This document shows, one piece after another, positions 40,808 to 50,983 of a stretch of DNA of 64,000 nucleotides (the stretch's first letter is position 1; every line of letters starts with the position of its first letter). The position numbers and the translations under genes are program-made. Origin of the DNA: a virus (Duplodnaviria; Caudoviricetes); the IMG/VR virus record IMGVR_UViG_3300031992_000051, positions 1-64,000 of that record; one strand, given 5' to 3'. Under the pieces are notes generated by a model. That model was not told the origin of the DNA and made no database searches. It saw only the letters and a program-made list of their open reading frames with translations.

Positions 40808-43067
40808 CGGGCACCTCCTCTTCCTTCGTTCCGGTCAGCGCCTTGTACTCGCTGGTGGCGGAGTCCGCTATCGACTTGCCGAACGCCTCGCGGTCGAACA
40901 GCACGCGGTCCCTGTCGGACATCTCGCCCCACGCGGCGTTGAAGTCGGCATAGCCCTGCTTCGCGCCCGCGGCGAGGTCGGACTTCGTGTCCACGTCGTA
41001 GTCGCGCCCGGTGAGCGCGAGGTACGCGTAGTTCCTGTTCATGTTGGAAGCCTTCGCGGCGGCGTCGGACTTGAGCATCATGCCGAGGCGCTTCTCGTAC
41101 TCCCTGTCCTGGCTCCTGCTGACCTCCTGCATGTAAGCCTCGACCGCCTGCTCGCGCGTCATGCCCGACTCCTGGAGCCGCAACAGGCGCTTGTCCACGT
41201 GACGGTTCTGCCCGCCTTGCACGGCCATCTGCCGCACGGCCTCTATCTTCTGGTCCTTCAGCTCGCCGAGGTGCTTCACGGCGGTGATGAACCCGACCGC
41301 GTCCGTCTGGGCGTTCGCGGCGAAGCCGAGGGCGTCCCTGCCGAGAGCCGCATTGCCTATGCTCTTCACCTTATCCTTGTTCGCGGGGTCGAAGGACATG
41401 AAGTACGCGGCGATGCCCTGCGCGCGGTTGATCTGCATCTGTGTGGCCATGCGCTGCTTCGCGAGGATGTGGGAGATGTCGTTGCCGTTCCTGTCGCGGA
41501 TGACCTCGCCGGTGTCCGGGTTGAGCCCCGCGAGATAGCGCTCGTTCCACTGCTTCGAGCGCTCCTCGTGCGAGCGCCCGTCCTGCTCCCAGCCGTACTT
41601 GTCCTGGCCGAAGATGCCGAACGTGAGGTTGCGGACCGTTCCACGAGTCACCTCGCCCCAGTACTCCTTCGACGTGACGACGCTGCCGAGCGTGGGGTTG
41701 CGGTAGTCGACCACGTGCTCGACGCCCTTGTCGTCCCGCACGGTCTCGGTGCGGTTGACCCTGCCGAGGTCCTCCCACATGCCGCCCTTGCCGAAAAACC
41801 CGGTGTAGCCCATCTTCTTGGCGTCAGCGCTCGCCTCCGCCCAGTTGAGCCCCGCGTCGATCCACGCGCCCATCGCGAACCCGCTGGCGAGGCCGGTCGC
41901 GTTCGTGAGGCCGGTGACGATCTTGCCCATCTTCCCGGACCCGGCGACGAGCTTGCCCGCCGCCTCAATCTTGTTGAGCCCGCCCGCGATCATCTTGCCG
42001 GGAAGCCGAAATCCGCCCCAGTTGGTGACGGCCCTCTTCACGGTCCCGGTCACGAGCCCCCCGCCCTTCTTGACCGCGCCTTCGGCGATGAGCCCGGCAC
42101 GGCGGATCGCGGCGGCGGTCTTCGGGGAAGTCTTGGCGAGCTCGCCCACGCGCGCCGCGATCTCGGCACGAGATGCAAAAAGTCCAAGGCCCTTCTTGGC
42201 CGCCGTTTCGGCGGTCGTGGCGGCGACGTTCTCGACGGCGGAGCCCGCGAGGGGCTTTCCGACCGACGACATCTTCGCCATGGCGCGCTGGAAGAAGGTG
42301 GCCTTCGGCCCGGCCTGCTCCATGGTCCTCGCCGCGCCTTCGGCGAACCTGCGGGAAATCTCATCGATGGCCTTGCGCGCGGCGCGGATGACGTTCTGCT
42401 CCGCCGCCCTCGTCGAGGCCACGGCCCTGTTGGCGTTGGCCTCGATCGCCCGCGCCGTCCTGCTGGCAGCAGACATGGCCTCCTTCGCCTCGCGGGCGGG
42501 CGCCTGCACGCGAAGACGCTTCAGCTCGTTCAGCGAGCGGCCCTGCGCGATCCTCGCGTTGTTCTCGGCGATCTCCGCCGCCCGCACGGGGTTCAGCTGC
42601 GGGTTCTGCGGGATGCCCGGAGCCCGCGAACGGGAGAAGATTCCGTTCCGGGAAGCGGCCGTCCTCGCGTCGGCGGCGCGCTGCCCCGCGGCGCGGGCGT
42701 CCATCGCCCGGCGCTGGACGGCGCTTTCCATCTGGGACGTGCGGTTCCTCGCGGCGCGCAGCTCGTTCTCGTACGCGTTGCGCATGGCCTGGTCGGCTCG
42801 GCCCGTGATGCGCTCGACGCGCTGGTGCCCACGGCGGCGGATGGCGTCAAGGCGATTGTTCTGCCACTGCACCATCTGGCCGCCCTCGGCGACGGCGGCC
42901 TCGCGCGCGGCGACGACGTCCCTCATGGCGCGCTCGTGCGCGGCCATGCGCTTGAGGCCCTGCTCGGCGGCGTTCCTGACGCCGCGCCGGGCGGCCTGCG
43001 CCCCCGTGTTCCCCACGGCCTGCGCGACCACCTGCCTCGTCTTGTAATGGTTCTCGTTCTTCGCCAC
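40779..43067 (-). CDS. Ala/Arg-rich protein, putative ejection protein
   Basis: GTG start with GGGAG RBS; basic helical N-terminus and a central Gly/Ala-rich membrane-like segment. Confidence 0.65.
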   Translation of the reverse strand: MAKNENHYKTRQVVAQAVGNTGAQAARRGVRNAAEQGLKRMAAHERAMRDVVAAREAAVAEGGQMVQWQNNRLDAIRRRGHQRVERITGRADQAMRNAYENELRAARNRTSQMESAVQRRAMDARAAGQRAADARTAASRNGIFSRSRAPGIPQNPQLNPVRAAEIAENNARIAQGRSLNELKRLRVQAPAREAKEAMSAASRTARAIEANANRAVASTRAAEQNVIRAARKAIDEISRRFAEGAARTMEQAGPKATFFQRAMAKMSSVGKPLAGSAVENVAATTAETAAKKGLGLFASRAEIAARVGELAKTSPKTAAAIRRAGLIAEGAVKKGGGLVTGTVKRAVTNWGGFRLPGKMIAGGLNKIEAAGKLVAGSGKMGKIVTGLTNATGLASGFAMGAWIDAGLNWAEASADAKKMGYTGFFGKGGMWEDLGRVNRTETVRDDKGVEHVVDYRNPTLGSVVTSKEYWGEVTRGTVRNLTFGIFGQDKYGWEQDGRSHEERSKQWNERYLAGLNPDTGEVIRDRNGNDISHILAKQRMATQMQINRAQGIAAYFMSFDPANKDKVKSIGNAALGRDALGFAANAQTDAVGFITAVKHLGELKDQKIEAVRQMAVQGGQNRHVDKRLLRLQESGMTREQAVEAYMQEVSRSQDREYEKRLGMMLKSDAAAKASNMNRNYAYLALTGRDYDVDTKSDLAAGAKQGYADFNAAWGEMSDRDRVLFDREAFGKSIADSATSEYKALTGTKEEEVPDGDAAEPAA

Positions 43068-43077
43068 GGCAAGCTCC

Positions 43078-44046
43078 CTAGATGTTCACGGCCTCCATGG
43101 AGACCTCGCCGGGCGAACCCGGGAAAAGGCTGTTCACTATGACCGGGGTCTGCACGGTCGCCTCGGTCGTCTCGCGGGCCTTGAGCCAGTTCATCGCGAG
43201 GGAGTGCATCTTCTGCGCCGCCTCGATCTCGCCCGACTTCGTGTACCACGCGGCCTGCATCATCCACTCGATCGGCTCGAGCGAGTCGAACGGGAGGATG
43301 TCGGTGTCGTGGATGAGCGGAAGCGGGTCGAGCCTCACCTCGACGAGGAGGTCGACGCCGACGCGCGGCATCATGTTCTGGATCTCGTAGCGGTGGAAGC
43401 GCGGCGCCGCCACCGCCGGGTGGTACTGGGCGACCTTCACGCGGTTCCCGTCCGCGTCCAGCGCGTAGAGGTTCGTGTAGTCGCTCGCGCAGGCGTCGTC
43501 CACCGCCACGCCCACGACGTCCTGGAACTCGTCGTCGCCCGCCTCCGCGGACGCGACGTCCGTGGCGGACGTGGCCACGGGGACCGAAACGGTCTTCAGC
43601 TCGCCGTTCGCGAGCAGCCCGGTCACGGACAGCTCCGGCGCGTCCTCCGCGCCCGACGAGACGGCGAAGAGCCTGAACGGGCCCTTCGGTGAAATCATGA
43701 GGGGATGGTAGCCCCTGTCTACGATGTTGGCGTTCGGTATGCGCGAGAACCCGGGCGGGGGCGTCCTTATGTCGCCCGGCCCCGAGTGCAGGAACTCGAA
43801 GTCCTGCCCGCGGACCGACACCGGCCTCCCTCCGACGCACGCCCGCACGAGGCCGGCGCAGCCCTGCGGGAGAGCGAACGAGGGCTGCGCCGAGAAAATG
43901 CGCAGGACCTTCCGCAGGCACTCCCACCCCGTCAGCCCCGCAAGCGCCTGGATGGCGTCGTTGATGCCGTCCGCCACGTTGTCCGCGCCGTAGGCATGGG
44001 ACGTGGTGGAGAGCTTGCGTATGGCCTGGCCGAGGGTGTACTGCAT
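43078..44046 (-). CDS. Putative head-tail adaptor / tail tubular protein
   Basis: Directly after the capsid gene; begins MQYTLGQAI...GINDAIQAL; start moved to ATG 44046. Confidence 0.55.
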   Translation of the reverse strand: MQYTLGQAIRKLSTTSHAYGADNVADGINDAIQALAGLTGWECLRKVLRIFSAQPSFALPQGCAGLVRACVGGRPVSVRGQDFEFLHSGPGDIRTPPPGFSRIPNANIVDRGYHPLMISPKGPFRLFAVSSGAEDAPELSVTGLLANGELKTVSVPVATSATDVASAEAGDDEFQDVVGVAVDDACASDYTNLYALDADGNRVKVAQYHPAVAAPRFHRYEIQNMMPRVGVDLLVEVRLDPLPLIHDTDILPFDSLEPIEWMMQAAWYTKSGEIEAAQKMHSLAMNWLKARETTEATVQTPVIVNSLFPGSPGEVSMEAVNI

Positions 44047-44063
44047 CTGCGGAAAGTCCTTGT

Positions 44064-44097
44064 GGGCGGCAGGACCCCGTACGGGGCCCCGCCGCCC
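44064..44097 (-). terminator. Strong hairpin immediately after the capsid stop
   Basis: Minus-strand RNA GGGCGGCGGGGCCCCG-UA-CGGGGUCCUGCCGCCC; no U-tract. Confidence 0.55.
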
Positions 44098-44102
44098 GCT
44101 CC

Positions 44103-46085
44103 TTACGACACGGACACCGCCGCGCCCGCGCCGACCTGCTTGCCGGCCGTGGCGGAGGCGTTGCTCGTGAGCTGGATCGTCGCGGTCTTGCCGGACGGAC
44201 GCGCGAGGACGACGCCCTTGAAGGTCACGCCCACGCTCGCCGTGGAGTCCGCGATGGTCAGCACGTCGCCGACGTCCGCGAGGAGGTTGTCGACGAACTT
44301 TACGCCGAGCACGTCGCCCACGCTCGGCACCGAGGAGTCGGTCGTGGCGAGGATGCCCTCGGCGAGGGTCGTCGTGGTCTTCGCGGCCGTGTTCACGTTC
44401 GTGTTCTGCGCCGGGCAGAGCGAAGGCAGCGCCTGGATGCAGCGGCGGTACAGGAACGAGATCGTGTGGAACACGTGCGGCTCGGGCTTCGGGACGATCT
44501 CGAAGAGACCGTAGAAGTTGCCGATGTTGCCCAGCGGGTTCACCTCGCGGTCGATGATGTTCATCCAGCCCCACGAGCCGTTCAGTCCCGGGACGGGGCC
44601 GAACTTCGTGCCGGAGCCGAGCGACGCGACCGAGGGCACGAACTGGTTCGTGAACACCTGGTTCATGAAGATCGGCGCGATGGCGAGCTCGGCCTTGTAG
44701 TACTCGGGGTTGTCCTCGGGGATCGGGGAGCCGTCGACGCCCACGCGGGTCGGCGAGGCGATGAGCGGGTCGACCGCGACGGCGATGTACGCCTGCTTGC
44801 CGACGAGTTCCGGCGCGAGCCCGCCGAGCTGCGTGTTCGTGTCGGACGAATACGTGATCTTGGCGATGATCTTGAACCGGAGCTGGTTGCCGTCGTTCGT
44901 GATGAGCCACTTGCGGAACGTCGAGGGCGCGAAGTCGTAGCCCTTGATGAGCGCCTGCGGGTTGCCCTCGATCCAGTACTTGCGCTCCTCCTCGTTGCCG
45001 CGGATGTAGCGCTCCACGTCGTCGTGGCTGACCGCCAGCGCGAAGATCGGGTCTCCGCCGGCGTTCGTGACGGCCGCGCGGGGGCAGCGGATCTTGAGGG
45101 ACTCGCGGACCTGGTCGAGCACGTCGAAGTTCAGCGGCTCGATGTCCACCGACGCGTCGATCACGATGAACGCCTTGCCGCCGATCTCCGCCTTGATCGC
45201 GGCGGTGATGTTGCCGGACGTCGTGTCGATGGCCGAGGAGTCGATGAACGGGTTGTACCAGTAGCGGGCGGACCCGGTGCCGTCGAACTCGGAGCTCATG
45301 ACGTACGAGCGGCCGAACGCGACGGACTGGTAGATGAACATGTCGCGGTTCCACACTTCCTGCATCTGGATGCCGTACTCGGAGCCGGTCGTCAGGATCC
45401 AGGAGAGCTGCTGCATCGCCTGGGTGAAGAACTTGAACATGTCGAGGCAGATGGGGTCGGAGCCCCACGCGGCCTTCTTGCCCGACCAGGAGAGGGCCTC
45501 CCAGCCGTACTTGTACGTCTCGTACGGGAGCGCCGCGCACGGGTTGTTCGTGGTGCTCGGGACGGGGTTGATGTCCCTCCACTGCGAGAGGCCCGCGTAC
45601 TTCATCAGGCCGCCGCGGTAGATGCGCGTCTCGTGCGTGACGCCGTTGAACAGCGTGTACGCGCCGCGCGGGATGCGGTCGTGCCACCAGCGGGGCTGGT
45701 CGAGGACCGAGATCTGGATCATCGGGTCGAAGTGCTGCGCCAGCTCCATCATCAGCTGGTTGTAGCCCGCGTTGTTCGCGGTGCCCGGGGCGATGTTCGC
45801 GTTGCGCGGAGTCGCGACGGGACCGGGGTACGCGGAGCCGCGGCCGGCGTTGTTGACGTTGAACGGGCGGAGCATGTCCGTGCTCGGGATCGCGTTGTTG
45901 GAACGGATGAGCGTGGGATCGCCCTTGAACGAACCGATGCCCGCGTTGAGCAGGTTCGTGGTGATCGTGGTGCCCGCCGTGAGGGCCGAGCCCGCGGCGT
46001 TCTGCGTGCCGGCGGGGATGACCGTGACGGGGGCGGCGTTTCCGCCGGGGGCGGAGAGGCCAGCAGGTACAAATTCGTTTGCCAT
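44103..46085 (-). CDS. Putative major capsid protein with N- and C-terminal extensions
   Basis: Gene order portal-scaffold-this gene; dedicated promoter, flanking hairpins and strongly biased codons; GAGG RBS before MANEFVP. Confidence 0.7.
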   Translation of the reverse strand: MANEFVPAGLSAPGGNAAPVTVIPAGTQNAAGSALTAGTTITTNLLNAGIGSFKGDPTLIRSNNAIPSTDMLRPFNVNNAGRGSAYPGPVATPRNANIAPGTANNAGYNQLMMELAQHFDPMIQISVLDQPRWWHDRIPRGAYTLFNGVTHETRIYRGGLMKYAGLSQWRDINPVPSTTNNPCAALPYETYKYGWEALSWSGKKAAWGSDPICLDMFKFFTQAMQQLSWILTTGSEYGIQMQEVWNRDMFIYQSVAFGRSYVMSSEFDGTGSARYWYNPFIDSSAIDTTSGNITAAIKAEIGGKAFIVIDASVDIEPLNFDVLDQVRESLKIRCPRAAVTNAGGDPIFALAVSHDDVERYIRGNEEERKYWIEGNPQALIKGYDFAPSTFRKWLITNDGNQLRFKIIAKITYSSDTNTQLGGLAPELVGKQAYIAVAVDPLIASPTRVGVDGSPIPEDNPEYYKAELAIAPIFMNQVFTNQFVPSVASLGSGTKFGPVPGLNGSWGWMNIIDREVNPLGNIGNFYGLFEIVPKPEPHVFHTISFLYRRCIQALPSLCPAQNTNVNTAAKTTTTLAEGILATTDSSVPSVGDVLGVKFVDNLLADVGDVLTIADSTASVGVTFKGVVLARPSGKTATIQLTSNASATAGKQVGAGAAVSVS

Positions 46086-46226
46086 TGTCTTTTCCTCTTG
46101 GTTAGGAGACTTGGGGGTGAACTTTGGTTGGCCGCGCACCATGCGCGCCTACCGCGCCGACCGGGCTGCCGGAATAGACCCGAAAAGCCTCTCCACGGGA
46201 AAAGAGAGTTTTACGCCGTTGCCCAT

Positions 46227-46256
46227 ATTATACCACAACCCGCCTGCGGGGCGCAA
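46227..46256 (-). promoter_or_regulatory. Class II promoter for the capsid gene
   Basis: TTGCGC-N18-TATAAT with TGg. Confidence 0.8.
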
Positions 46257-46274
46257 GCGGGTTGCGGCGGGGCC

Positions 46275-47648
46275 TCACTGGAGGCCGTACTTCGCGGCCG
46301 TTTCGGAGACGAGGCGCCCCGCGGCCTCGAGCGGATTGGCGTCCTGCGGCTGCTCCTGCTTCGGGGGAGCCGGCGGAGGCGGCGGGGGCTGCGCGCCGGA
46401 GAAGTACGGGGCGACCGGCGGGGAGGCTAGGCGCGTGTGGCCCTGGAGCTTCCCCTGCAACTCGATGACGAGGTTCTGAAGGGCCTCGATCTGGGCGTAC
46501 GCGAACGGCGCGACGAGCGCGCCCTCCACCGCGGCGGCGGCGAGCTGGTCGTCCGACGCCTGCGAATACCACGCCTTCACGTTGGCCTCCTGGGCCTGCC
46601 TGTACTTGTCGAACGCGGGGTCGTTCCAGAACGTGACGACCTTCGACACGCGGTCGAAGCCGGTGTCGCACAGCTCCTGGCGGCGCTGCGCGGTCATCAC
46701 GGCGGTCTCCTTCCCCGTGACCTGCTCCAGCCCCGCCTGGGTCTGGCGCCACTCGCTGAGGGCCTGGTCGCGCTGGTTGAAGAGGCCGGTGGCCTCCTGC
46801 CACTTGTAGATGGCCATGCCCTGCACGGCGTTCGGCAGCTGCGCGAGCAGCGTCGGCACGTCGTCCACGGAGTTCGCGTTCAGCACGTCGTTCGCGAGGG
46901 CCGCCGCGTCCTCCGGCTTGAGGCCGTTGCGCTCGAACTCCTGCGCGAGCTGGTCGCGTATCTCGAGGACGGGGCGGTCGTACTTCTCGCGGAACGCCGG
47001 GGAGCGCTCGAGGTCGAGCTTCCCGATCTGGTCCTCGAGGTCCTTGGCCCTCGTCTCCCCGTCGAGGAGCTGCTTCTCGAACGCCGCCTTCTCCTCGAGG
47101 AACTTCGCCTTCTCGGCCGCCGCGGCCTCGAGCCGCTGCTTCAGCTGCTCGGCGAGCTGGCGGTACTGGCGGGCCTCCGCCCTCGACGCGGCGAACGCGT
47201 GCCCGATGCCGGACTTGTCGTTGTCGTCCTGCGGGAGCTGGATCTGCTGCTCCTGCGGGATGTCGGGAATGGGGGCGTCCTGCTGGACGGGCTGCTGCCC
47301 GGAGTACCGGTCGGCGAGCGACTGCGGCTGGGGCGGGGGAGGCGGGGGAGGCTGCGCCGCCGGAGCCGGGGCCGGAGCCGGGGCCGGGGCGGGCGGCTGC
47401 GCCACCGGAGCCGGGGCCGGAGCCGGGGCCGGAGCCGGGGCCGGAGCCGGGGCCAGCGGCTGCGGCGGAGGGGCGACGGGAGCCGGGGGCTGGGCCACCT
47501 GGGGCTCGTCGACCCCGCCGGTCGCGGGGTTCGCGTACTTGCCGAGCAGCCCCGCGACGATGTCCTGCGCGGCATTGCCCGACCTGGCGGCAGCGGCGAC
47601 CTCCGGGGAGGGCGTGTGCTGGCCGGGTTCGTTTATCTGTTCTGCCAT
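46275..47648 (-). CDS. Putative capsid scaffolding protein
   Basis: Pro/Ala-rich disordered N-terminus and long coiled-coil, directly upstream of the capsid gene. Confidence 0.7.
   Translation of the reverse strand: MAEQINEPGQHTPSPEVAAAARSGNAAQDIVAGLLGKYANPATGGVDEPQVAQPPAPVAPPPQPLAPAPAPAPAPAPAPAPVAQPPAPAPAPAPAPAAQPPPPPPPQPQSLADRYSGQQPVQQDAPIPDIPQEQQIQLPQDDNDKSGIGHAFAASRAEARQYRQLAEQLKQRLEAAAAEKAKFLEEKAAFEKQLLDGETRAKDLEDQIGKLDLERSPAFREKYDRPVLEIRDQLAQEFERNGLKPEDAAALANDVLNANSVDDVPTLLAQLPNAVQGMAIYKWQEATGLFNQRDQALSEWRQTQAGLEQVTGKETAVMTAQRRQELCDTGFDRVSKVVTFWNDPAFDKYRQAQEANVKAWYSQASDDQLAAAAVEGALVAPFAYAQIEALQNLVIELQGKLQGHTRLASPPVAPYFSGAQPPPPPPAPPKQEQPQDANPLEAAGRLVSETAAKYGLQ
47359..47454 (-). repeat. 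(GCCGGAGCCGGG)n repeat encoding (Ala-Pro)n linkers
   Basis: Two runs of 12-bp units. Confidence 0.85.
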
Positions 47649-47662
47649 GTCAAATCCTCATT

Positions 47663-48049
47663 TCACGTGTGGTCCCCGGCGAGCATGTCCTGCACCGAGG
47701 TCTCGTAATTTTCTTCCGGGAGGCTTCTCGAAGATGAATCAATTCCCGTGAACAGCTCCGGGAAGACGACCGACGGGTCGTCCATGAGCTGCGCCGCGAG
47801 GTTCAGCCCCGAGGTCACTCCGTACTGCACCGCCGTCTCCTTCACGTCGAGCGAGAGGGGCCCGTTCACCGCGAGGTCGCGGACGGCCGAGAGGACGAGC
47901 TTCGTCATCGGGTCGTCCGCCCACTTGCGGAACGTGTCCAGCATCTCGGCGCGCGAGAGGTGGCGGCGCAGCGCGAGGACGCCGGACGCGGGGGCGGCGA
48001 GGCCCTCGTGCCCGGACATCGGGACCCGGATCGCTCCGGGTGCCGTCAT
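47663..48049 (-). CDS. Hypothetical protein between portal and scaffold
   Basis: ATGA overlap; GAGG RBS. Confidence 0.65.
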   Translation of the reverse strand: MTAPGAIRVPMSGHEGLAAPASGVLALRRHLSRAEMLDTFRKWADDPMTKLVLSAVRDLAVNGPLSLDVKETAVQYGVTSGLNLAAQLMDDPSVVFPELFTGIDSSSRSLPEENYETSVQDMLAGDHT

Positions 48050-48444
48050 GCCTCTCCCCCCTCGGACGGGCTGCCGTCGGGCGGGCTGCCGGCCGGGACG
48101 CCGCCGTCGGGCAGCGTGTTGCCCGCGTCGGCGGGCTTCTCGGGCACGGTGAGGCGGTACGCGATCTCCGCGCGCTTCATCTGGACGGCCGCGAGCTCGC
48201 CGTCGATCTGCGACAGCTGGCCCATGATGCTGTGCCTCGCGAGGTTCAGCTGCGCCTCGCGCAGGCCCACCTCGGCGAAGGCGCGGCGCGCCTCGTCCTC
48301 GGTCATCGGAGTCTCCAGCCTCTTGCGGAACTCCTCCTCCGCGGCCTTGAGTCGCTGCTGCTCCTCGAACCGCGCCTTCATCTCCTCGGCCGCCTTCGCC
48401 TTGATTCCGGCTATCTCGGCCTCCCTGTTCTTCGCTTCGCCCAT
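48046..48444 (-). CDS. Hypothetical coiled-coil protein
   Basis: AAGGAG RBS. Confidence 0.7.
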   Translation of the reverse strand: MGEAKNREAEIAGIKAKAAEEMKARFEEQQRLKAAEEEFRKRLETPMTEDEARRAFAEVGLREAQLNLARHSIMGQLSQIDGELAAVQMKRAEIAYRLTVPEKPADAGNTLPDGGVPAGSPPDGSPSEGGEA

Positions 48445-48460
48445 TTTCGCTCTCCTTGCT

Positions 48461-50983
48461 TTACAGGCTCATGAACTCGCCAGCGTCCGGTTCTTCGCCA
48501 GCGATGTCGGCGGGGGACGTCTGGCTGAAGCCCGTCGCCTGCTGGACCGCGTTCATCCGCTGGACGGCGGAGGCGGCGTTCGCCTTCGCCTGCACCATGC
48601 GGTCTTGCGCGGAAATCTTCGCGTCCGTCTCGCGGTTGCGGCGCTCCTCGTCGCCGGCCGCCTTCCGGTCCTCGATCTCGGCCTGGCGGCCGCGCGTCTC
48701 GGACTCGAGGCCGAGCTTGTGCATGTCCACCTCGTGCTGGAGGTCGGCCTTGTACTTGTCGATCTCGGCCTTCTTGTCGGCCTTGTACGCCTCCTTGCGG
48801 AAGTCGTTCTCGTCGGCGCGGCGCTGGAGCTCCTCCATCTCCCGCTCCTGCTTCTCGCGCTCGGCCTGCTCGACGCGCTCCTGCGTGGCGACGGCGAGGT
48901 TGAGGGACTTGACGGTCGGGCGCAGGTCGCGGAGCATCTTCTGCACCTGCTTGGTCTGCCCCTGCATACCGATCTGCATCCCGCCGATGGCGAGGTGCTC
49001 CTGGATGTGCTGCGAGCAGGCGACGAGCGTCTGCAACAGGCCGCGGGGGTCCTCGATCTGCTTCGCCTCCTCCTCGGAAGGCTGGCTGTCGGGGCGCGCG
49101 CCGACCGCGTCCACGATCTCCTGGAGGAGCCTCGCGTGGACGGGGATGTGGCTCCAGTGCAGCTGGTCCTGGCCGACCATCGTCTCCTTGCCTTCGCGGA
49201 ACATGTTGTTCTCGAGGACGGCGAGGGACGCCGCGTCGGACGGCTGCTGGTCGCGGCTGTTCTCCGGGATGTAGCGGTCCGCGGCCTGCTGGCCCATCCG
49301 GAGCTGCACGATGTCCCGGGTGGCGTTGCGGCGGCCGGTCTCGTCGAGGTTCCCGCCGAAGGCGCCGAGGACCTCCGAGAGGACGCCGACCTTGCCCTCG
49401 CTGCCGAGGACGAGGTCGCGGCACGTGACGACCGTGAACGACTGGGGGATCTCCGCGATCACCTCCTGGGTGACGCCGCGGCGGGCGCACCTCTCGAGGA
49501 ACACGCCGATCTCCGGGAAGTCCGCGGTGAGGACGGGGTCGTTCGACACGGCGAGCCGGACGAACCGCTTGAACGTCTCGCGGAACACCTTGTCGAGCAC
49601 CGCGAGCTTCTGCACGAACAGGGCCTCCTCCTTGTGCGAGCGGAGGCGCTGCTGAAGCTCGACCTCGGCCTTCGTCTGCCGGTCGGAGCCCTGGAAGGTC
49701 TTGACGCCCGTGGTGCCGACGGGGCCCTTGTCCGCGCCCGTCACGGAGTTGATCCCGATGTTGTCGAGGAGCTGCTTGACCTGCGCGAGCTGCTGGAAGT
49801 TCGGGGACACCTGGCTCTGCGCCGGGGTGAACTCCTGCGGGATGAAGGTGTACGGCCCCTGCTCGTTGATGGTGAGGTTCGACTGCGTGCCGGCCGTCTT
49901 CTGCGTGAGGACGAACGTGGACGCGCGGAACGCGACGTCGACCATCTGGCAGGTGAAGCGGTTGTTGAGCGCCTCGATCGGGAAGAGGAACGACGCGAGG
50001 CCCCGGACGGCGCGGGCGTACTTGCAGTTCACGCTGTACGGGAACCACAGGAGGCACTCGTCCATCGTGGCGTACGCGCCCGTCTTGCGGAAGAGGAAGT
50101 CCTTCTGCTCCGACGCCGGCATCATGATGTGGGTGATGGAGCGCGGGAAGGACATCTCGCGGACGAACGCGTGGATGACCTTCAGCTCGTCGAACTGGTG
50201 CTCCTCCTGGTAGCGGTTCTGCCGCCAGAGCGAGAGGCCCTGCTCCGCGACGGACGTGCCGTTCTCGACCCCGGGCTGGGCCGCGGTCTCCTGGCTGTTC
50301 GCGAACACGTCCACGAGCCAGCGCTCGAGCGCCTTCACGTCCCACCCCTCCTGCTCGGCGACCTCGCGGTTGTCGAGGAGGTAGAAGATGTACGACGCCT
50401 GGAGCGTGGACTCGAACATGAAGAGGTCGTGGTTCGACGATATGACGGATCCGTTCCCGACGAAGCGCAGCTGCCCGCGCTCGAGCGCGATGGGATTGTA
50501 GTCGATGGAGTCCGGCCACGTGATCGGCCCGAGCCCGTACAGGTCCGCCTCCGTGTGCATCATGGAGAGCGCGGGGATCACCTTCCCCGTCTCGCGGATC
50601 GTGTTCGAGAACTCCTCCGCGACGACGCGGGCGATGCGCTCGGCGTCGGGGCCCGCGAGCTCGCGCGCGAGCGGGCGGAGCTCCACGAGGTTCGCCGTGT
50701 CGGACGAGAGGCGGAGGAGCGCGTCGGCGCGGTTGTCGATGACGCCCTTCAGCCCGAGGAAGTTGACGTTCGCGATGTTCTTGAGGCCGCAGTTCCGGAG
50801 CTGCTCCGGGTTGTACGGGAGGTTGCCCTCGTACATGTTCCGGAGCGTGACCCGGCGCTTCGCCTCGGGCAGGTCCTCCTCCGTCAGCTTGTCGTACACG
50901 GCGCGGAGCGCGACCGGGTCGCTGAAGCGGCTCTTCGCGGGCTTCGGCGTCTGCTTCTCGACGACGTTGAATCCCTGTATCAT
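48461..50983 (-). CDS. Putative portal protein
   Basis: 840 aa; YEGNLPY...NVNF N-terminal pattern, DLYGLG, C-terminal coiled-coil barrel; upstream of scaffold and capsid; GGAGG RBS. Confidence 0.7.
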   Translation of the reverse strand: MIQGFNVVEKQTPKPAKSRFSDPVALRAVYDKLTEEDLPEAKRRVTLRNMYEGNLPYNPEQLRNCGLKNIANVNFLGLKGVIDNRADALLRLSSDTANLVELRPLARELAGPDAERIARVVAEEFSNTIRETGKVIPALSMMHTEADLYGLGPITWPDSIDYNPIALERGQLRFVGNGSVISSNHDLFMFESTLQASYIFYLLDNREVAEQEGWDVKALERWLVDVFANSQETAAQPGVENGTSVAEQGLSLWRQNRYQEEHQFDELKVIHAFVREMSFPRSITHIMMPASEQKDFLFRKTGAYATMDECLLWFPYSVNCKYARAVRGLASFLFPIEALNNRFTCQMVDVAFRASTFVLTQKTAGTQSNLTINEQGPYTFIPQEFTPAQSQVSPNFQQLAQVKQLLDNIGINSVTGADKGPVGTTGVKTFQGSDRQTKAEVELQQRLRSHKEEALFVQKLAVLDKVFRETFKRFVRLAVSNDPVLTADFPEIGVFLERCARRGVTQEVIAEIPQSFTVVTCRDLVLGSEGKVGVLSEVLGAFGGNLDETGRRNATRDIVQLRMGQQAADRYIPENSRDQQPSDAASLAVLENNMFREGKETMVGQDQLHWSHIPVHARLLQEIVDAVGARPDSQPSEEEAKQIEDPRGLLQTLVACSQHIQEHLAIGGMQIGMQGQTKQVQKMLRDLRPTVKSLNLAVATQERVEQAEREKQEREMEELQRRADENDFRKEAYKADKKAEIDKYKADLQHEVDMHKLGLESETRGRQAEIEDRKAAGDEERRNRETDAKISAQDRMVQAKANAASAVQRMNAVQQATGFSQTSPADIAGEEPDAGEFMSL

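Noticed and set aside
46086-46226. tRNA or known riboswitch in the intergenic gap
   Set aside because: No cloverleaf, T-loop consensus or recognisable aptamer; kept only as an unclassified structured leader.
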